A stretch of DNA of 64,000 bases, taken from IMG/VR virus record IMGVR_UViG_2675903231_000002; one strand, written 5' to 3'. Under the pieces are notes generated by a model. The model did not search any database and was not told where the DNA came from. It worked only from the letters and a program-made list of their open reading frames with translations. A program made the translations under genes and the position numbers. Shown in pieces: positions 46,801 through 56,478 of this stretch. Each line of letters starts with the position of its first letter. Positions within the stretch are counted from its first letter, which is position 1. The DNA comes from an uncultured virus (IMG/VR IMGVR_UViG_2675903231_000002). Its lineage: Duplodnaviria > Heunggongvirae > Uroviricota > Caudoviricetes.

Positions 46801-49759
46801 CCGAAACCTGCACGCTGTACGGGGTTGATAAGCTGTATCCTACTTCCTGCCCGGTGGTTTGGTTATAAATCACCAGATAATCCCCATTGGGTACGTTCTG
46901 CCCGGTGACTGTCAATGTCGTGGCCTGCCCCGCAGGAAGTTGCAACGGATCGGCTCCAAGCGAAAGTTGACTCCAAACGACAGTCTGTGTGTTCGACGGG
47001 TTCCCGACCTGCTCAAAGCCATCATTCAGGAACGCGATGAACGTGTCCGTTTCTGGTGTAAACGAAGCGTATTGAGTTGTTTCGGGTGCAGAACCCGACG
47101 AAGATACTATTTGCCCCGTCGTTTGGTCCATGATCACGAGGTTCCATCCAAACGGAATGGCCTGCGTTGTGGTTGCTGTCAGCGTCGTACTGTCGCCCGT
47201 GGCAAGGTATTTGGGATTTGCTGAAAGACTGATCGCTCCTGTCCAAGGGTTTGCCCATGACACGGACGTACCACCTGTAGCCATGGGATTGCCCGACGGA
47301 TCAAGAATGGTGGCAGTATAGTTAACTGTGATCGTTTGGCCAGCGGCAGGATGCTCAGTCTCCGGATACGTACCTGTTTGCGACGTGAGTCCGGACGCAC
47401 TCCACATGTCCGCCCCGTTTCCGTTCGGTGTGATCTCCACTGTATAGTCGGGCGGAAGAGCCACATTAACCGAGTATGAAATGGTCGATGTCTGGCCTGG
47501 CACGTTATTCACCGGATTTGCGCTCATCGTAATTGTGGGCGCAAGCCACTTCACCGTGACGGAGGATGTAGACAGCAACGTCCCCGAACTGTTGTACAGG
47601 TTGGCGGTATATTGCACGGTCGTCGTACCGCCATCTACCGGATTCTCTATCTCCGTGAACGAGTCAGACGCATTGGTATCCTTGAGCTCAGTCCACATGT
47701 GCTGCCCGCCGGAACCCATGATGGTCACGTAGTCCCCGCTCGCAAAACCCACGGTGCTATAACTGATCTGCGAGGGCTGACCTGTGAACACACTTGTCGG
47801 ATTGGCACTCAGCGTGATCGTTGGTTTAACCCACGTGACGGTCACCGGTTGCGATTTCGCTGTTGGAGGCCCAACAGTCGAGACCCCTGCATCCCATTCA
47901 TAGGCAACAAACGTCTGTGATCCTGCCGTGTTGCTCGCATAGGAAGTTGAGTACGTCCCCGAGTAAGTCACTACGCCATTGTCCACACCCGTCATCGTTA
48001 CGGTCCAATATGGCGGTAAGGAGTAATTCTTTTCATATGCCCCAATGCCTACATATTGGCCAGTTGTCTGATTGTAAATAGTTACAAAAGCGCCCGGTTT
48101 AACCTTGTCCACGGTCGCTGTAAGCGCGGTTGAGCCACCAATCTCCAAGGTCGTAGGATCCGCAGAAAGTGTTATTTCAGAGGAGGTTGGCGGCGTATAG
48201 TTCGAATCGTAAATCGGGTATGTCTGTGTGCAATTAGTGGTAGCGTCTGTAATGATGAGCGTGGCAGAATCTACTCCGCCACTGAATGTCGCTGTAATTA
48301 TGGCACTCATGCCTGCGTCGGCCGACGTTTGGGACAACTTCACAGATGGATTATCCGTCGAAAAGTTCAGTGGATCGGACGTTCTGTTGATGATCGTTAT
48401 CGTGTCCGAAGTGCTATTGATTGTCCCTTGGTTCACATCTACAAACTGGGACGGGCACGAACCCTGCGGTGCGTTCCAGGTGACAGATACGACATTGGAC
48501 GTGGCAAGAACAGAGCCACTTGGGGAGAGCAGCTCCGCCACATAATTCACAGTCTCCGCATTATTGTCCGTTGCCGTTGTCGTGGCCGACGTGGAACTGT
48601 TGGCGGTGTAGGTATTCTGTCCTCCGAGGGTAGACTTCCCCGATTGGTCGATGATTTTGATCGTGTCTGATCCAGACGGCGCATTGACGGCTGTGGCTGT
48701 CAGCGTAGATGAGTCGCCGGTATCTAAGTTGGTAGGATTCGCCGTCAACGTGATGTAGGGGCCCGGCGCTCCTGGTGTAACTGTGAGCGTCGTCGTGACC
48801 GCATTGCTCACCCGATCCACGCCGTCAGCAACCCAAGCTCGGATCGTGTAGGTCCCGGGCTGCAGCGACGAAGACGAGATCGACGAAATCTTGTCTGGAA
48901 AAGACCCCTGCGAACCATCCTCGGGTTGCATCTGTTCCTTGTCCGTCCCGCTCCCCACCAGCCACACGGATTGCCCGTTCGACTGATTCACCGCCTGGAT
49001 CGAGACATAGTGGTGAGTCGCCAGACTGTTCCACAACGGCACATTGGACGACACCGTGAAGTTCATCTGATCGCCCTGCTTCACCGTGCCGCTCTGGTTC
49101 GTGTTGGCATCGACCACGGTGACGGAGTAGGCCGTCGGAGGCGCGGACGGTTTGATGTGATAGGTGTACAGGTACTCCGGGTACGTCTGGCCGGTCGACT
49201 GGTCCGTATATGTTCCGATTGGCCCACTGACCGTCTGCGGGTCAAAAACGGCTCCGCTCTGATTGACGACGTTCGAAAACGGAACGTAGGTGTAGGAGGT
49301 GTGGTTGTAATCGTCCTTGGTTTGAATCTGCTGATTTTGGGTTTGAAGATAATTGAGAACGTAGTCCAAGTTCCCGCCAAGCCGGTTTACCCAATCCCGC
49401 ACATTGGGCGATTCGGACGGATCGGCGATAAGCAGGTAACCGTTGTTCGCGTTCGCCCCTTGCATGTCACCGAGCATGACGCCCCAGCTGCCTTGTCCGT
49501 CTCCGGCGTCCGCTTGTTCTTGGGCGATGTGGATGATTTGCCCTCTAAGTGCCGGAAATGGTCCAAACAAATTTGTATCCACTTCGACATCATCGCCGCC
49601 CATGAGGGCATACCCGCCGGATGTTTGCACCACGTATCCGTATGCGGACAGGTTATTGTTGACCGTGTAGGCGTAGGCTCCCGAATAATACAGACTGCCT
49701 ATCAAGGCGGTGAGGCCGATTCCAGCCAGCGTCCACGCACCCCGCTTGTTCATTCGCAT
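43892..49759 (-). CDS. Very large secreted/surface protein with tandem Ig-like repeats (adhesin-like)
   Basis: N-terminal signal peptide; repeated 'ITLTANPT.L..G..TLTAT...V.VTW' units; propeller-like and jelly-roll-like regions. Confidence 0.8.
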   Translation of the reverse strand: MRMNKRGAWTLAGIGLTALIGSLYYSGAYAYTVNNNLSAYGYVVQTSGGYALMGGDDVEVDTNLFGPFPALRGQIIHIAQEQADAGDGQGSWGVMLGDMQGANANNGYLLIADPSESPNVRDWVNRLGGNLDYVLNYLQTQNQQIQTKDDYNHTSYTYVPFSNVVNQSGAVFDPQTVSGPIGTYTDQSTGQTYPEYLYTYHIKPSAPPTAYSVTVVDANTNQSGTVKQGDQMNFTVSSNVPLWNSLATHHYVSIQAVNQSNGQSVWLVGSGTDKEQMQPEDGSQGSFPDKISSISSSSLQPGTYTIRAWVADGVDRVSNAVTTTLTVTPGAPGPYITLTANPTNLDTGDSSTLTATAVNAPSGSDTIKIIDQSGKSTLGGQNTYTANSSTSATTTATDNNAETVNYVAELLSPSGSVLATSNVVSVTWNAPQGSCPSQFVDVNQGTINSTSDTITIINRTSDPLNFSTDNPSVKLSQTSADAGMSAIITATFSGGVDSATLIITDATTNCTQTYPIYDSNYTPPTSSEITLSADPTTLEIGGSTALTATVDKVKPGAFVTIYNQTTGQYVGIGAYEKNYSLPPYWTVTMTGVDNGVVTYSGTYSTSYASNTAGSQTFVAYEWDAGVSTVGPPTAKSQPVTVTWVKPTITLSANPTSVFTGQPSQISYSTVGFASGDYVTIMGSGGQHMWTELKDTNASDSFTEIENPVDGGTTTVQYTANLYNSSGTLLSTSSVTVKWLAPTITMSANPVNNVPGQTSTISYSVNVALPPDYTVEITPNGNGADMWSASGLTSQTGTYPETEHPAAGQTITVNYTATILDPSGNPMATGGTSVSWANPWTGAISLSANPKYLATGDSTTLTATTTQAIPFGWNLVIMDQTTGQIVSSSGSAPETTQYASFTPETDTFIAFLNDGFEQVGNPSNTQTVVWSQLSLGADPLQLPAGQATTLTVTGQNVPNGDYLVIYNQTTGQEVGYSLSTPYSVQVSESIPRTDTFVAYISSNSGTSGALISSNTVSVDWYGITLTANPTQLPINNTSVLTATAANLPSGYVIDIVDQTTGQTIATGQPGQTVLNALQTKNQVETDTYVARVVQPGNPQIPGLSGAAFYTELVYGYNSTSRQLEVFNTSTGTLTPIATPSYVQGYPNTVGIPNNGVVWVQSSDGIASYKIATGAWTDYPSPVGSAVPNGYNSLTNSIIAYNSSGQFAVLNLSTGLWSSPVDHPPFGDGHMAGFTYYPPLNLVYESVHASHQGDSVDNDLYVYSFTTKTWTPIGNAGGHGDIGWLIYDPANQDVLFEGGVNLYNPYWILWDPRQSPSSPYNDISTNQAWYEYQSPSVVDTVSGNLYVNGIQASGFYSNFNSLEFTPSGQLWSLPVDMLDIAYDPYSNGLIGYYVPPNYSPWNQSNPPIVLSEYSLSSGTVTPFPGNLTPGSGFIPLTVTRTVSNDFAFWTFQNAPSYVPTSVFTQQAQAGSYGGSIWVSNSTSQPNGTVFFQSTFSLSQTQSITLSVPYVNDYAQVYVDGQPVMQSGNSGGVGGSIPNTSSATITLPAGRHQVIIEAMNNNGFASTSNNSAGVSLTVTSGGQTILSTSNPSGWTTTGYVLQLPNGWFSGAVGTWNWTEYVLQENPSQPIYQQQSYTVTTPAQNVSATSSPVSVTWFNNVTPPDNFTLQALPENVTYPAQTQFKVTFVQTDADFVNQSLGGSATVDIRIVQTWQKAVSTTWKPNSDGLSISVPYSPVPGTSLQYIALLVDKQGVVLAASNQVTVTDTGQGRVGDSYSTISCDPSGDGTEIYETYTNGELTDTKRVPLTITNLEVDGIFNPTDQLTQQYPGNQVHLPVTNEMLGYAPIPLRVQAPFAFAVKFPDAQPTKVEAVFSVNGGASVGTVDAQGDTSWTVEMHPASNLPQFWQGETIMPKLPDGVHISVTIKAYDDCGENDLVNNDFLVTADRPQWYFVQPSQP

Positions 49760-49890
49760 GCCAATTCCCCCGTTGAAAGGCCAAGTTAACAGCTCGACCG
49801 TAACACGCAACAAACGCAAAAACGCGCAACTTTTGTGCCAACTTTCTGCTTGCTGAAAGCGCTTGGAAAAGGGGGGGCGTACGAGCAACC

Positions 49891-50055
49891 TTGACGTATA
49901 TTTCGGCTGTGCTACACTAAACATGAAAAGAGAGCCGAAGGCGGCGACCTTCGACTCTCGGGCACCGACGCCTTGAGCGTTATCCCTGCCCGTAAAATCG
50001 ATCGGGCAAGTAACCGCCCCACCGGCGCTAACCTATGGGGGCGGTTACTTGCGTC
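49891..50055 (+). ncRNA. Putative type I antitoxin RNA with promoter
   Basis: TTGACG-16-TACACT promoter, hairpins, terminator caagtaaccgcccc...ggggcggttacttg overlapping the toxin 3' end convergently. Confidence 0.6.
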
Positions 50056-50149
50056 TCAAAGCAAGAACCAGAGCCAAAACGAGCGACAGCAACGCGACGA
50101 TGAATGACCCAAACTGGATCATTAACGACAGCGCACTGGCTACACTCAT
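50045..50149 (-). CDS. Putative holin-like type I toxin (34 aa; not in the ORF track)
   Basis: Hand translation MSVASALSLMIQFGSFIVALLSLVLALVLALRRK; GGGGTGAGG RBS. Confidence 0.8.
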   Translation of the reverse strand: MSVASALSLMIQFGSFIVALLSLVLALVLALRRK

Positions 50150-50277
50150 GGCCTCACCCCCCTCCCGTACACGGGCAGGGGGTCCCCCAAGGTGGTGCTG
50201 ATTGAAATTCTATCACAAGTTAGACAATCGAAAAGCAGTCACCAGTGAGTGACTGCTTTTTCAAAAGCCTCCGTTGT

Positions 50278-51630
50278 TCACTTGCTGGGTGGATTCTGGT
50301 CTTCGCCCCAATCATAAGGCTGATTAAATACAGGAACGCCATTAACATTGGCGTATACAATTTGAAAACCTTCAAGATACATACTCGGATTTAATGTTCC
50401 TGTACTGATTGTCGGTCCAGCTGTGCCCGCGTTTGGTATTTCAAGTGTCTTTCCGCCTCTATTGTCCTTCGCTTGCCATCCTCCATACACCCAGTGCCCG
50501 TCCACGATATGCCACGCCATGTTGCTAAAACTCTTTGAGGTATCAGGTAACGTGAGATAGATGGTGTTTCCCTTCACTGTCGCGGTTACCTGATCGTAAT
50601 ACTTTGTCTCATCTGCCAAGTATGCCTGATAATCGCTTTCAGAGATCCCCAAACCACCGCTTTGTCCAGGACTTTGAGGTTTGGGAGCGGTCGACGTCAA
50701 CCACAGTCCATAATTGCTGTAGAACGGTACATGCAGGTGATGTACCCCATTCACCACGCGGTCTCCCGTCAACCACCACTGCAAATTGCTCAACACCGTA
50801 CTCTCATCAGCTGAATTAATGACGCTTGACGGGCTTGTCACGCTGGTGTCCTGAAAGAGTCCATTGATGCTCGCCCATGTATAGGGATCACTGGACACCT
50901 CGTACTTCAAATCATAGGGAATCCACTGCCCTTTCTGCGGGCCGGATGTTGCAATCAATCCTTTCGACTTACTAGCCCACTTCGCCAACCAGGTTGCCAC
51001 GTCTCCCGCAGTCACTGGAGCGCTCGTCGGGCTCACGCCCGCGTCCGCCATGCTTGGATGGGATTGGATGTCCCAAGTGACGCCCGCAAACGTCTGCCAC
51101 ATCGCGTTGGCCATGTCCTGCTGTGTCACGGGTTTGCTCTGCGTCAAGCGCCAGTTCGTCCCGTCCCAGGTGGACGTGATACCCAATCGGTTGAGTACCT
51201 GCGACAGATACCAGATCGGAATAAACGTCGTATCCTGACCACTTGCAGGGTCCTTGGCCACCAGCTTCGGCGCGGTCTGCACAACCGTCCCATTGATGGA
51301 GATGCTCATTTGGTTCGGACTGGCGGCGGGATTGCCCAGGTTCGGCGTGATGGAGGACGGGACCGTCAGGTTCCAGTGCGTTCCGTCCCAACTACTTTGG
51401 ATACCGAGCTTGTTGAGCACCTGCATCGCATAATAGATAGGCATGAACGTGGTGGGTTGCTTAGACGATGGATCAACCGCCGCTGTGTGTACCGGGTCGG
51501 TTATGTCCTTCCCATTCAACCAGATGTGTGTGGGCGAGAACTGCGTGGCAGCCTGTGCACCAGGTGCCATTGTTGTGAGCACGGCCAAGGCAGTCATGCT
51601 TGCGCTGAGGGGAGCTATCAGTTTACGCAT
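50278..51630 (-). CDS. Secreted protein with duplicated N-terminal cell-surface domain
   Basis: Signal peptide (AQA); two copies of 'DP.S...TTF.PI.Y..QVLN.LGI.S.WDGT.W'. Confidence 0.75.
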   Translation of the reverse strand: MRKLIAPLSASMTALAVLTTMAPGAQAATQFSPTHIWLNGKDITDPVHTAAVDPSSKQPTTFMPIYYAMQVLNKLGIQSSWDGTHWNLTVPSSITPNLGNPAASPNQMSISINGTVVQTAPKLVAKDPASGQDTTFIPIWYLSQVLNRLGITSTWDGTNWRLTQSKPVTQQDMANAMWQTFAGVTWDIQSHPSMADAGVSPTSAPVTAGDVATWLAKWASKSKGLIATSGPQKGQWIPYDLKYEVSSDPYTWASINGLFQDTSVTSPSSVINSADESTVLSNLQWWLTGDRVVNGVHHLHVPFYSNYGLWLTSTAPKPQSPGQSGGLGISESDYQAYLADETKYYDQVTATVKGNTIYLTLPDTSKSFSNMAWHIVDGHWVYGGWQAKDNRGGKTLEIPNAGTAGPTISTGTLNPSMYLEGFQIVYANVNGVPVFNQPYDWGEDQNPPSK

Positions 51631-51715
51631 TTCGAGTGCCTCCTTCGGCAGAATGTTCAACTACATCATCGCATGTCGCAACGACCGATACCTCATGTTT
51701 TGGACCCATTTTGGC

Positions 51716-52291
51716 CTACTTCTTAACATCGGCTTGAAAGAACTTCACCCAATCACTCACTTCTTCATCCTTGAGTACGCCAGGCAGTTCCCTCCATTGA
51801 TTACCCTCCGCGTGGTAGGCGTCCGGCACAGGTATCGACGTAGTAGTAAAAAGGTCCATCGCACCTGGCAGAGGATCTTCATGATATCCCTGATAAGTCC
51901 ATTCCTTTTGAGCCGCTTCAGGTGTCGAGTTCGTCCACACGACAACCGGCTTATTCTTGAGGTCTGGCCAAACCGCGGCTAATTGTTTGATCGCATACCC
52001 CTGTACAGGATCAATAAACAGCACGTTGTCTCCGTGAATTTGAACTGTCTTCCCGCTGGCCTCCGTGGCTTCCCGTATTGGCAAAGCAGGTGCGGTTCTT
52101 AAACGAGTTTGATACGACGACAAATGAGCCGACAAATCCTTTGGAAGTTCTGATTGCGGAGGTCGAAATTCTGGAATTGCATGTTGGGCAGCTTTATACT
52201 TATTCCAACTCACACCAATTGCCATAACAGCGCCTGCACACAGAATTACGATCCCCGCCACTGCAAAATGCTTGCGTGAAATAGTAAGCAC
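51716..52291 (-). CDS. membrane-anchored hypothetical protein
   Basis: N-terminal TM; AAGGAGG RBS. Confidence 0.6.
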   Translation of the reverse strand: MLTISRKHFAVAGIVILCAGAVMAIGVSWNKYKAAQHAIPEFRPPQSELPKDLSAHLSSYQTRLRTAPALPIREATEASGKTVQIHGDNVLFIDPVQGYAIKQLAAVWPDLKNKPVVVWTNSTPEAAQKEWTYQGYHEDPLPGAMDLFTTTSIPVPDAYHAEGNQWRELPGVLKDEEVSDWVKFFQADVKK

Positions 52292-52790
52292 GATGAATGC
52301 CTCCTTCTACAGGACTTTACTAGGCGACTTCGACGATTGACACTCCTGGCTTTACCCGTAAAGTGGGTACCCCTCCCCTGGAACCTACAACCTTCCCCGA
52401 CCTTACTTCGGGCTTGGCACAACAATTCAAGTTGAGTATCTCGCTAACGTCGGACAAACGAGTGCAAGATCGATGCAAATTACGATTGGCCTTTGCGACT
52501 ACGTTCGTGTAGACCGTTCTGCACCCGGGCACGGTCCAACGATGTCGGCGGAAGTACCAGAATAGCCCTTGGCAGGTGACCCTCACCAATCGATGCGACC
52601 GCAACATAGGTTGTCCCAGACGTCATGCACCGACTGCCCAACGCAAGGATCATCGGAACAATTTCTGCGCACATTTCTCTTTACGGAGTCAGTCCTTCAT
52701 TGTATCCTTGAATCAAGGAAACAAGGAGGGCGTATAGCCGTGACTACTTTGGCGTATCCTGTCAGTGTGCGGGGAAGGAGGCACACTGAA

Positions 52791-53138
52791 GTGGAAAAGT
52801 ATGTGCGGATAACTGGCAAGCGACAAGTAACGATCCCGAAGGACTTTTTTGATCAGCTAAGAATGGGAAGCGTTCTGCGTGCTTACGTTGAGGACGGCAG
52901 ATTGGTGATGGAACCGGTTCGAGTTGAAGATCCTATGGACTTTACACAGGAAATCATTAATGATTTGGCCGACGAAGGTTTGACCGGAGAGGAACTCAAA
53001 AAGGAGTTTGCACGACGCCGCGAGGGAATGCTTGCTGCAATGAAGAAACTCGTTGAAGAATCCCGTAAGGAAGCACTGGAAAGCTCGGAGCCGGACGGAG
53101 ACGCCTTCATGGAAGAGTTGATTAACGGCGATGCCTGA
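52791..53138 (+). CDS. AbrB/MazE-type antitoxin
   Basis: 'VRITGKRQVTIPK'; overlaps the toxin gene. Confidence 0.8.
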   Translation: MEKYVRITGKRQVTIPKDFFDQLRMGSVLRAYVEDGRLVMEPVRVEDPMDFTQEIINDLADEGLTGEELKKEFARRREGMLAAMKKLVEESRKEALESSEPDGDAFMEELINGDA

Positions 53139-53439
53139 ATATCAGTACAAGTTGTCGTCCAGAGCCAAGCGAGTGTTAAAGAAAATCAAAGACAAGGCGC
53201 TTCTTTGCAAGTACCGGGACGCGATGCGGGACATCTGTGAGAGCCCATACGAGGGCGACCCAAAAGTCGGTGATTTGAGTGGCCTTTTTACCGTCACGTT
53301 TCGATATGTGGATGGAGCACACCGCATCGCGTATACGGTCGTTGAAGAGGAAGACACCGAACCTTTTGTTCTAGTTTTGCTCGTTGGAACGCGGGAAAAT
53401 TTCTATGAGGAATTGAAGCGTATTTGGAAAGAACAGTAG
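53131..53439 (+). CDS. RelE/ParE-family toxin
   Basis: 'PYEGDPKVGDLSG...HRIAY...VGTRENFYEELKR'. Confidence 0.85.
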   Translation: MPEYQYKLSSRAKRVLKKIKDKALLCKYRDAMRDICESPYEGDPKVGDLSGLFTVTFRYVDGAHRIAYTVVEEEDTEPFVLVLLVGTRENFYEELKRIWKEQ

Positions 53440-53485
53440 TTGCAGCCGGTTACAGTGAAATCCCCCGGCAACAGCCGGGGGACAG

Positions 53486-54949
53486 TCAACTGGACTTCCG
53501 GAATAAATCAATCACTTCCTGCGGCACTGGCCGACCGCGTACCTTCTCCACTTCATGCACCACGTCCTGAAGCGTTGCCACAAACTCTTGACCGCTTTGG
53601 CGGGCCAACACAGCCCTGCGACGCAGGTTTTCGGCGACTTGGTTCACTTCAGCTCCGCTCGCACCTTGGAACAACACAGGTATATGGACCAAATAATCAT
53701 CACCGAATTCGGCCGAGAACTTGACGGGTTTGGTCCATCGCCACCACATCACGCGGATGTCCACATCGCTTGGGTTTGGCACATAAATCTTCGTTCCCAA
53801 GCGCCCCGGCCGAACCAACGCCTCATCGAGAGCCTCGATCCGGTTGGTGGCGGCAATCACAAATACCTGATCTCGTTGTTCGAATCCATCCAGTTCCGCC
53901 AGTAACTGATTCAGTTGGCTGTCGTGGTACGGGTTCATGCCGCCCCGTTTGCCCCCGATGGCGTCGATCTCGTCGATGAAGATGATCGCCGGAGCATGTC
54001 GTTTTGCTTCTTCAAATAAGGAAGTGATGTTCTGCTCCGTGGCCCCGACAAGGGTGCCCTGCAGGTCACTGCCTCGCGCATAGATGAAATACAGCCCGAG
54101 ACTTTCAGCGACCGCCCGGGCGAGGGCAGTCTTGCCGTTTCCGGGCGGCCCGTACAATAGAATCCCTGCCCTGACCGGAACGTCGTATTGCTCCATGAGT
54201 TCGCGGCTCTTCAGAGGCAAGAGTATAGACTCCCGGATCTCCTGAACCACGTCTTGCATGCCGATGATCTTTCGAAGCGCGTCGGGATTCGCCTGATATT
54301 GCTTACCCTTCTCCCTCCAACGGACGCGACCGTTGGCTGTTTCATTCTCCGGCTGCTCCATTTGCGAAGAAGTAGGATCAGGCCGGTACTGTTCACGCCA
54401 ACGCATGCTCTCTTGGAATTGCCGGGTCATCCCACTTCGGTCGTGACCAGATCCAAGCCTACCCTTTGTAGAAGCCCTAGCCGCAGGAAGATGTAAAGCC
54501 CGAGCAAGTAGGGCCCGGCGACGCCTCGCGCGCGAGAACTCCTTATCGATCCAGGCACCGAGATCCGGATCCCGGTCGGCGCGCCAGGACAGCAGGGTGT
54601 ACATCTCGAACTTGGTGATGAGCGCGAAGAGCTGGGTCGGGCCAATCGAGAGATAGTTCAGTACCCCCCAAACGAGGAAGGCCAGGCCGTACGCCTCCAA
54701 CGTTCCACCAATCCCCAATGACGGCGGGAGATGCAGTGGATGCCACCCCGTGAAGACGGCAAAGAAAATGTTGTAGAAAATGAGGAAAGCCAGCCAAATG
54801 GGGCACACGAAGCGCCACCAGAACTGCAGGTAGCGACCAAAATCGAAGTACCAGAATCCAAGGCTATAGATAGCACTTGGAAATATAGACAAGAGAAACA
54901 AGATGCCGAGAGACACCTCGACCTGCATTTTCAGCAACGTCACGTTCAT
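53486..54949 (-). CDS. Membrane-anchored AAA+ ATPase
   Basis: N-terminal TMs; GPPGNGKT, IFIDEID, AATNR...LDEALVRPGR. Confidence 0.88.
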   Translation of the reverse strand: MNVTLLKMQVEVSLGILFLLSIFPSAIYSLGFWYFDFGRYLQFWWRFVCPIWLAFLIFYNIFFAVFTGWHPLHLPPSLGIGGTLEAYGLAFLVWGVLNYLSIGPTQLFALITKFEMYTLLSWRADRDPDLGAWIDKEFSRARRRRALLARALHLPAARASTKGRLGSGHDRSGMTRQFQESMRWREQYRPDPTSSQMEQPENETANGRVRWREKGKQYQANPDALRKIIGMQDVVQEIRESILLPLKSRELMEQYDVPVRAGILLYGPPGNGKTALARAVAESLGLYFIYARGSDLQGTLVGATEQNITSLFEEAKRHAPAIIFIDEIDAIGGKRGGMNPYHDSQLNQLLAELDGFEQRDQVFVIAATNRIEALDEALVRPGRLGTKIYVPNPSDVDIRVMWWRWTKPVKFSAEFGDDYLVHIPVLFQGASGAEVNQVAENLRRRAVLARQSGQEFVATLQDVVHEVEKVRGRPVPQEVIDLFRKSS

Positions 54950-55038
54950 CGGCCTGACCTTCCTTCCGTGGTTATTTCTACATGCTAGAGTACCAGAGTT
55001 GTACATCACCTACCCGTCAGTGCAGTTCCAATTTTCGC

Positions 55039-55689
55039 TTATGACGAAACTCGCGGCGAAGTCTCATTAACCAAGGTCCAACCCTGGTCGTATGCGGTAT
55101 AACCCGTGTCGATGTATCCGTTTCTAAGGCGTCGGTTAATGGACGACGGGTCGTAGTGACGTAGTTCGTTAGGGAGTTCCGAGCCTCTATTCTTATTCAC
55201 AGCCTGCTCCACATGTTTCCACATGCACAAAGCATAACTTTGAGGATGCAGTCGCACCTCTAATGCTTGCAGGTAACTGTCCAACTCGTTTTGCATTGCC
55301 TTCAAGGCCTTCAACTGTCCATCCGTAAGCGAAAGCTTGCTACGAAGTATCGCGATCTGTTGAGCCTGTTGTCCCAGGTGACGCCACCACAGTTTCCCCA
55401 AACTAGCGGCAAAGTTCTGATCCATTTCCATATGATCGTCGATCAAGGTTGTCTGTATGGACACGAATTCCCGTCCGTCTTGCACGATTTTCACCAACCT
55501 TCCGGCCGGCATTTCCCAGATTTGCAACTGAAGTCCGCGGGCATGTCTTGACACTTCCACAGCAACGCGTGTGGCTTCGCTCAACCGGCCATGACGAATT
55601 AACCCCTGATTGTCCAGCGGACTCGTGATGACATAGTACCGTATTGATTCCGCCTTGCCCGGCAATTCAAGTCCCCTCCTTGGAATCAA
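55039..55689 (-). CDS. hypothetical protein
   Basis: 216 aa; likely TTG start after AGGAGG. Confidence 0.55.
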   Translation of the reverse strand: MIPRRGLELPGKAESIRYYVITSPLDNQGLIRHGRLSEATRVAVEVSRHARGLQLQIWEMPAGRLVKIVQDGREFVSIQTTLIDDHMEMDQNFAASLGKLWWRHLGQQAQQIAILRSKLSLTDGQLKALKAMQNELDSYLQALEVRLHPQSYALCMWKHVEQAVNKNRGSELPNELRHYDPSSINRRLRNGYIDTGYTAYDQGWTLVNETSPRVSS

Positions 55690-55803
55690 TGCAGAATGTC
55701 ACTTCCACTCGACCGTAAATGTCTCAAGCCAAAGATACGCGCCATTTTTACGCCAACTTTTGATGTCGACGGCGCCGCGTATACACCTGAGCCGCGGACA
55801 GTA

Positions 55804-56478
55804 TCAGCTAATGTTCCCGAGCCATTCGTCCGGCACGCGCATCAATTGTTGCAATCTACGCGGTTTCAGAGTTGCGTGCAATATGCGGCCGATGTACACC
55901 GCCATGGCGTGGAGCTTACGGTTCAACGTCCGTGGCGACATATGTAACTTCGCGGCACATACATACTGCTTTTGTCCTTGCTTGTACTTGTAGTCGAACA
56001 ACCGTTGCATTTCAGTGCCTTCAACGACCATTTCGATGGTGCGCAAATTCGCCTCGAGATCAGCCAGTGCCCGAGTCGTTTCCTCCAGAGCCGAATTCGC
56101 ACGCAGCCGCTCAGCCCACTCACGCATGACCACGTAGTTCTGCAGAATTTTGCGGCCGATGTTGTAATAGTCACTGTCTTTCATTTTCACATTGCCCTTG
56201 GAGGGCAACGGAAATAAGACCGAGTCGGTCACGTCGGTCCCGTGTATCGGTTGCCAGGCCTCCCCCTCTCGAGCTCGTGTATAGATCGCGATTGACAACT
56301 CATCCCACCGGAATCCGAGAAATTCAGCGACAACGCCCATAACCCGCAACAATTCTTCCGGTGGTGTCACGGAACGGATCTCGACCTGTCGATCCGTGTC
56401 CATGAATACGTACATATACCCGTCCGACATGTCCCTGACTGTTGTTTCAGCACCCTCTACTCGTTTGTGTTCATCCAT
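55804..56478 (-). CDS. Putative transcriptional activator with ArpU/RinA-like C-terminal HTH
   Basis: 'LFDYKY...YVCAAKLHMSPRTLNRK'. Confidence 0.55.
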   Translation of the reverse strand: MDEHKRVEGAETTVRDMSDGYMYVFMDTDRQVEIRSVTPPEELLRVMGVVAEFLGFRWDELSIAIYTRAREGEAWQPIHGTDVTDSVLFPLPSKGNVKMKDSDYYNIGRKILQNYVVMREWAERLRANSALEETTRALADLEANLRTIEMVVEGTEMQRLFDYKYKQGQKQYVCAAKLHMSPRTLNRKLHAMAVYIGRILHATLKPRRLQQLMRVPDEWLGNIS

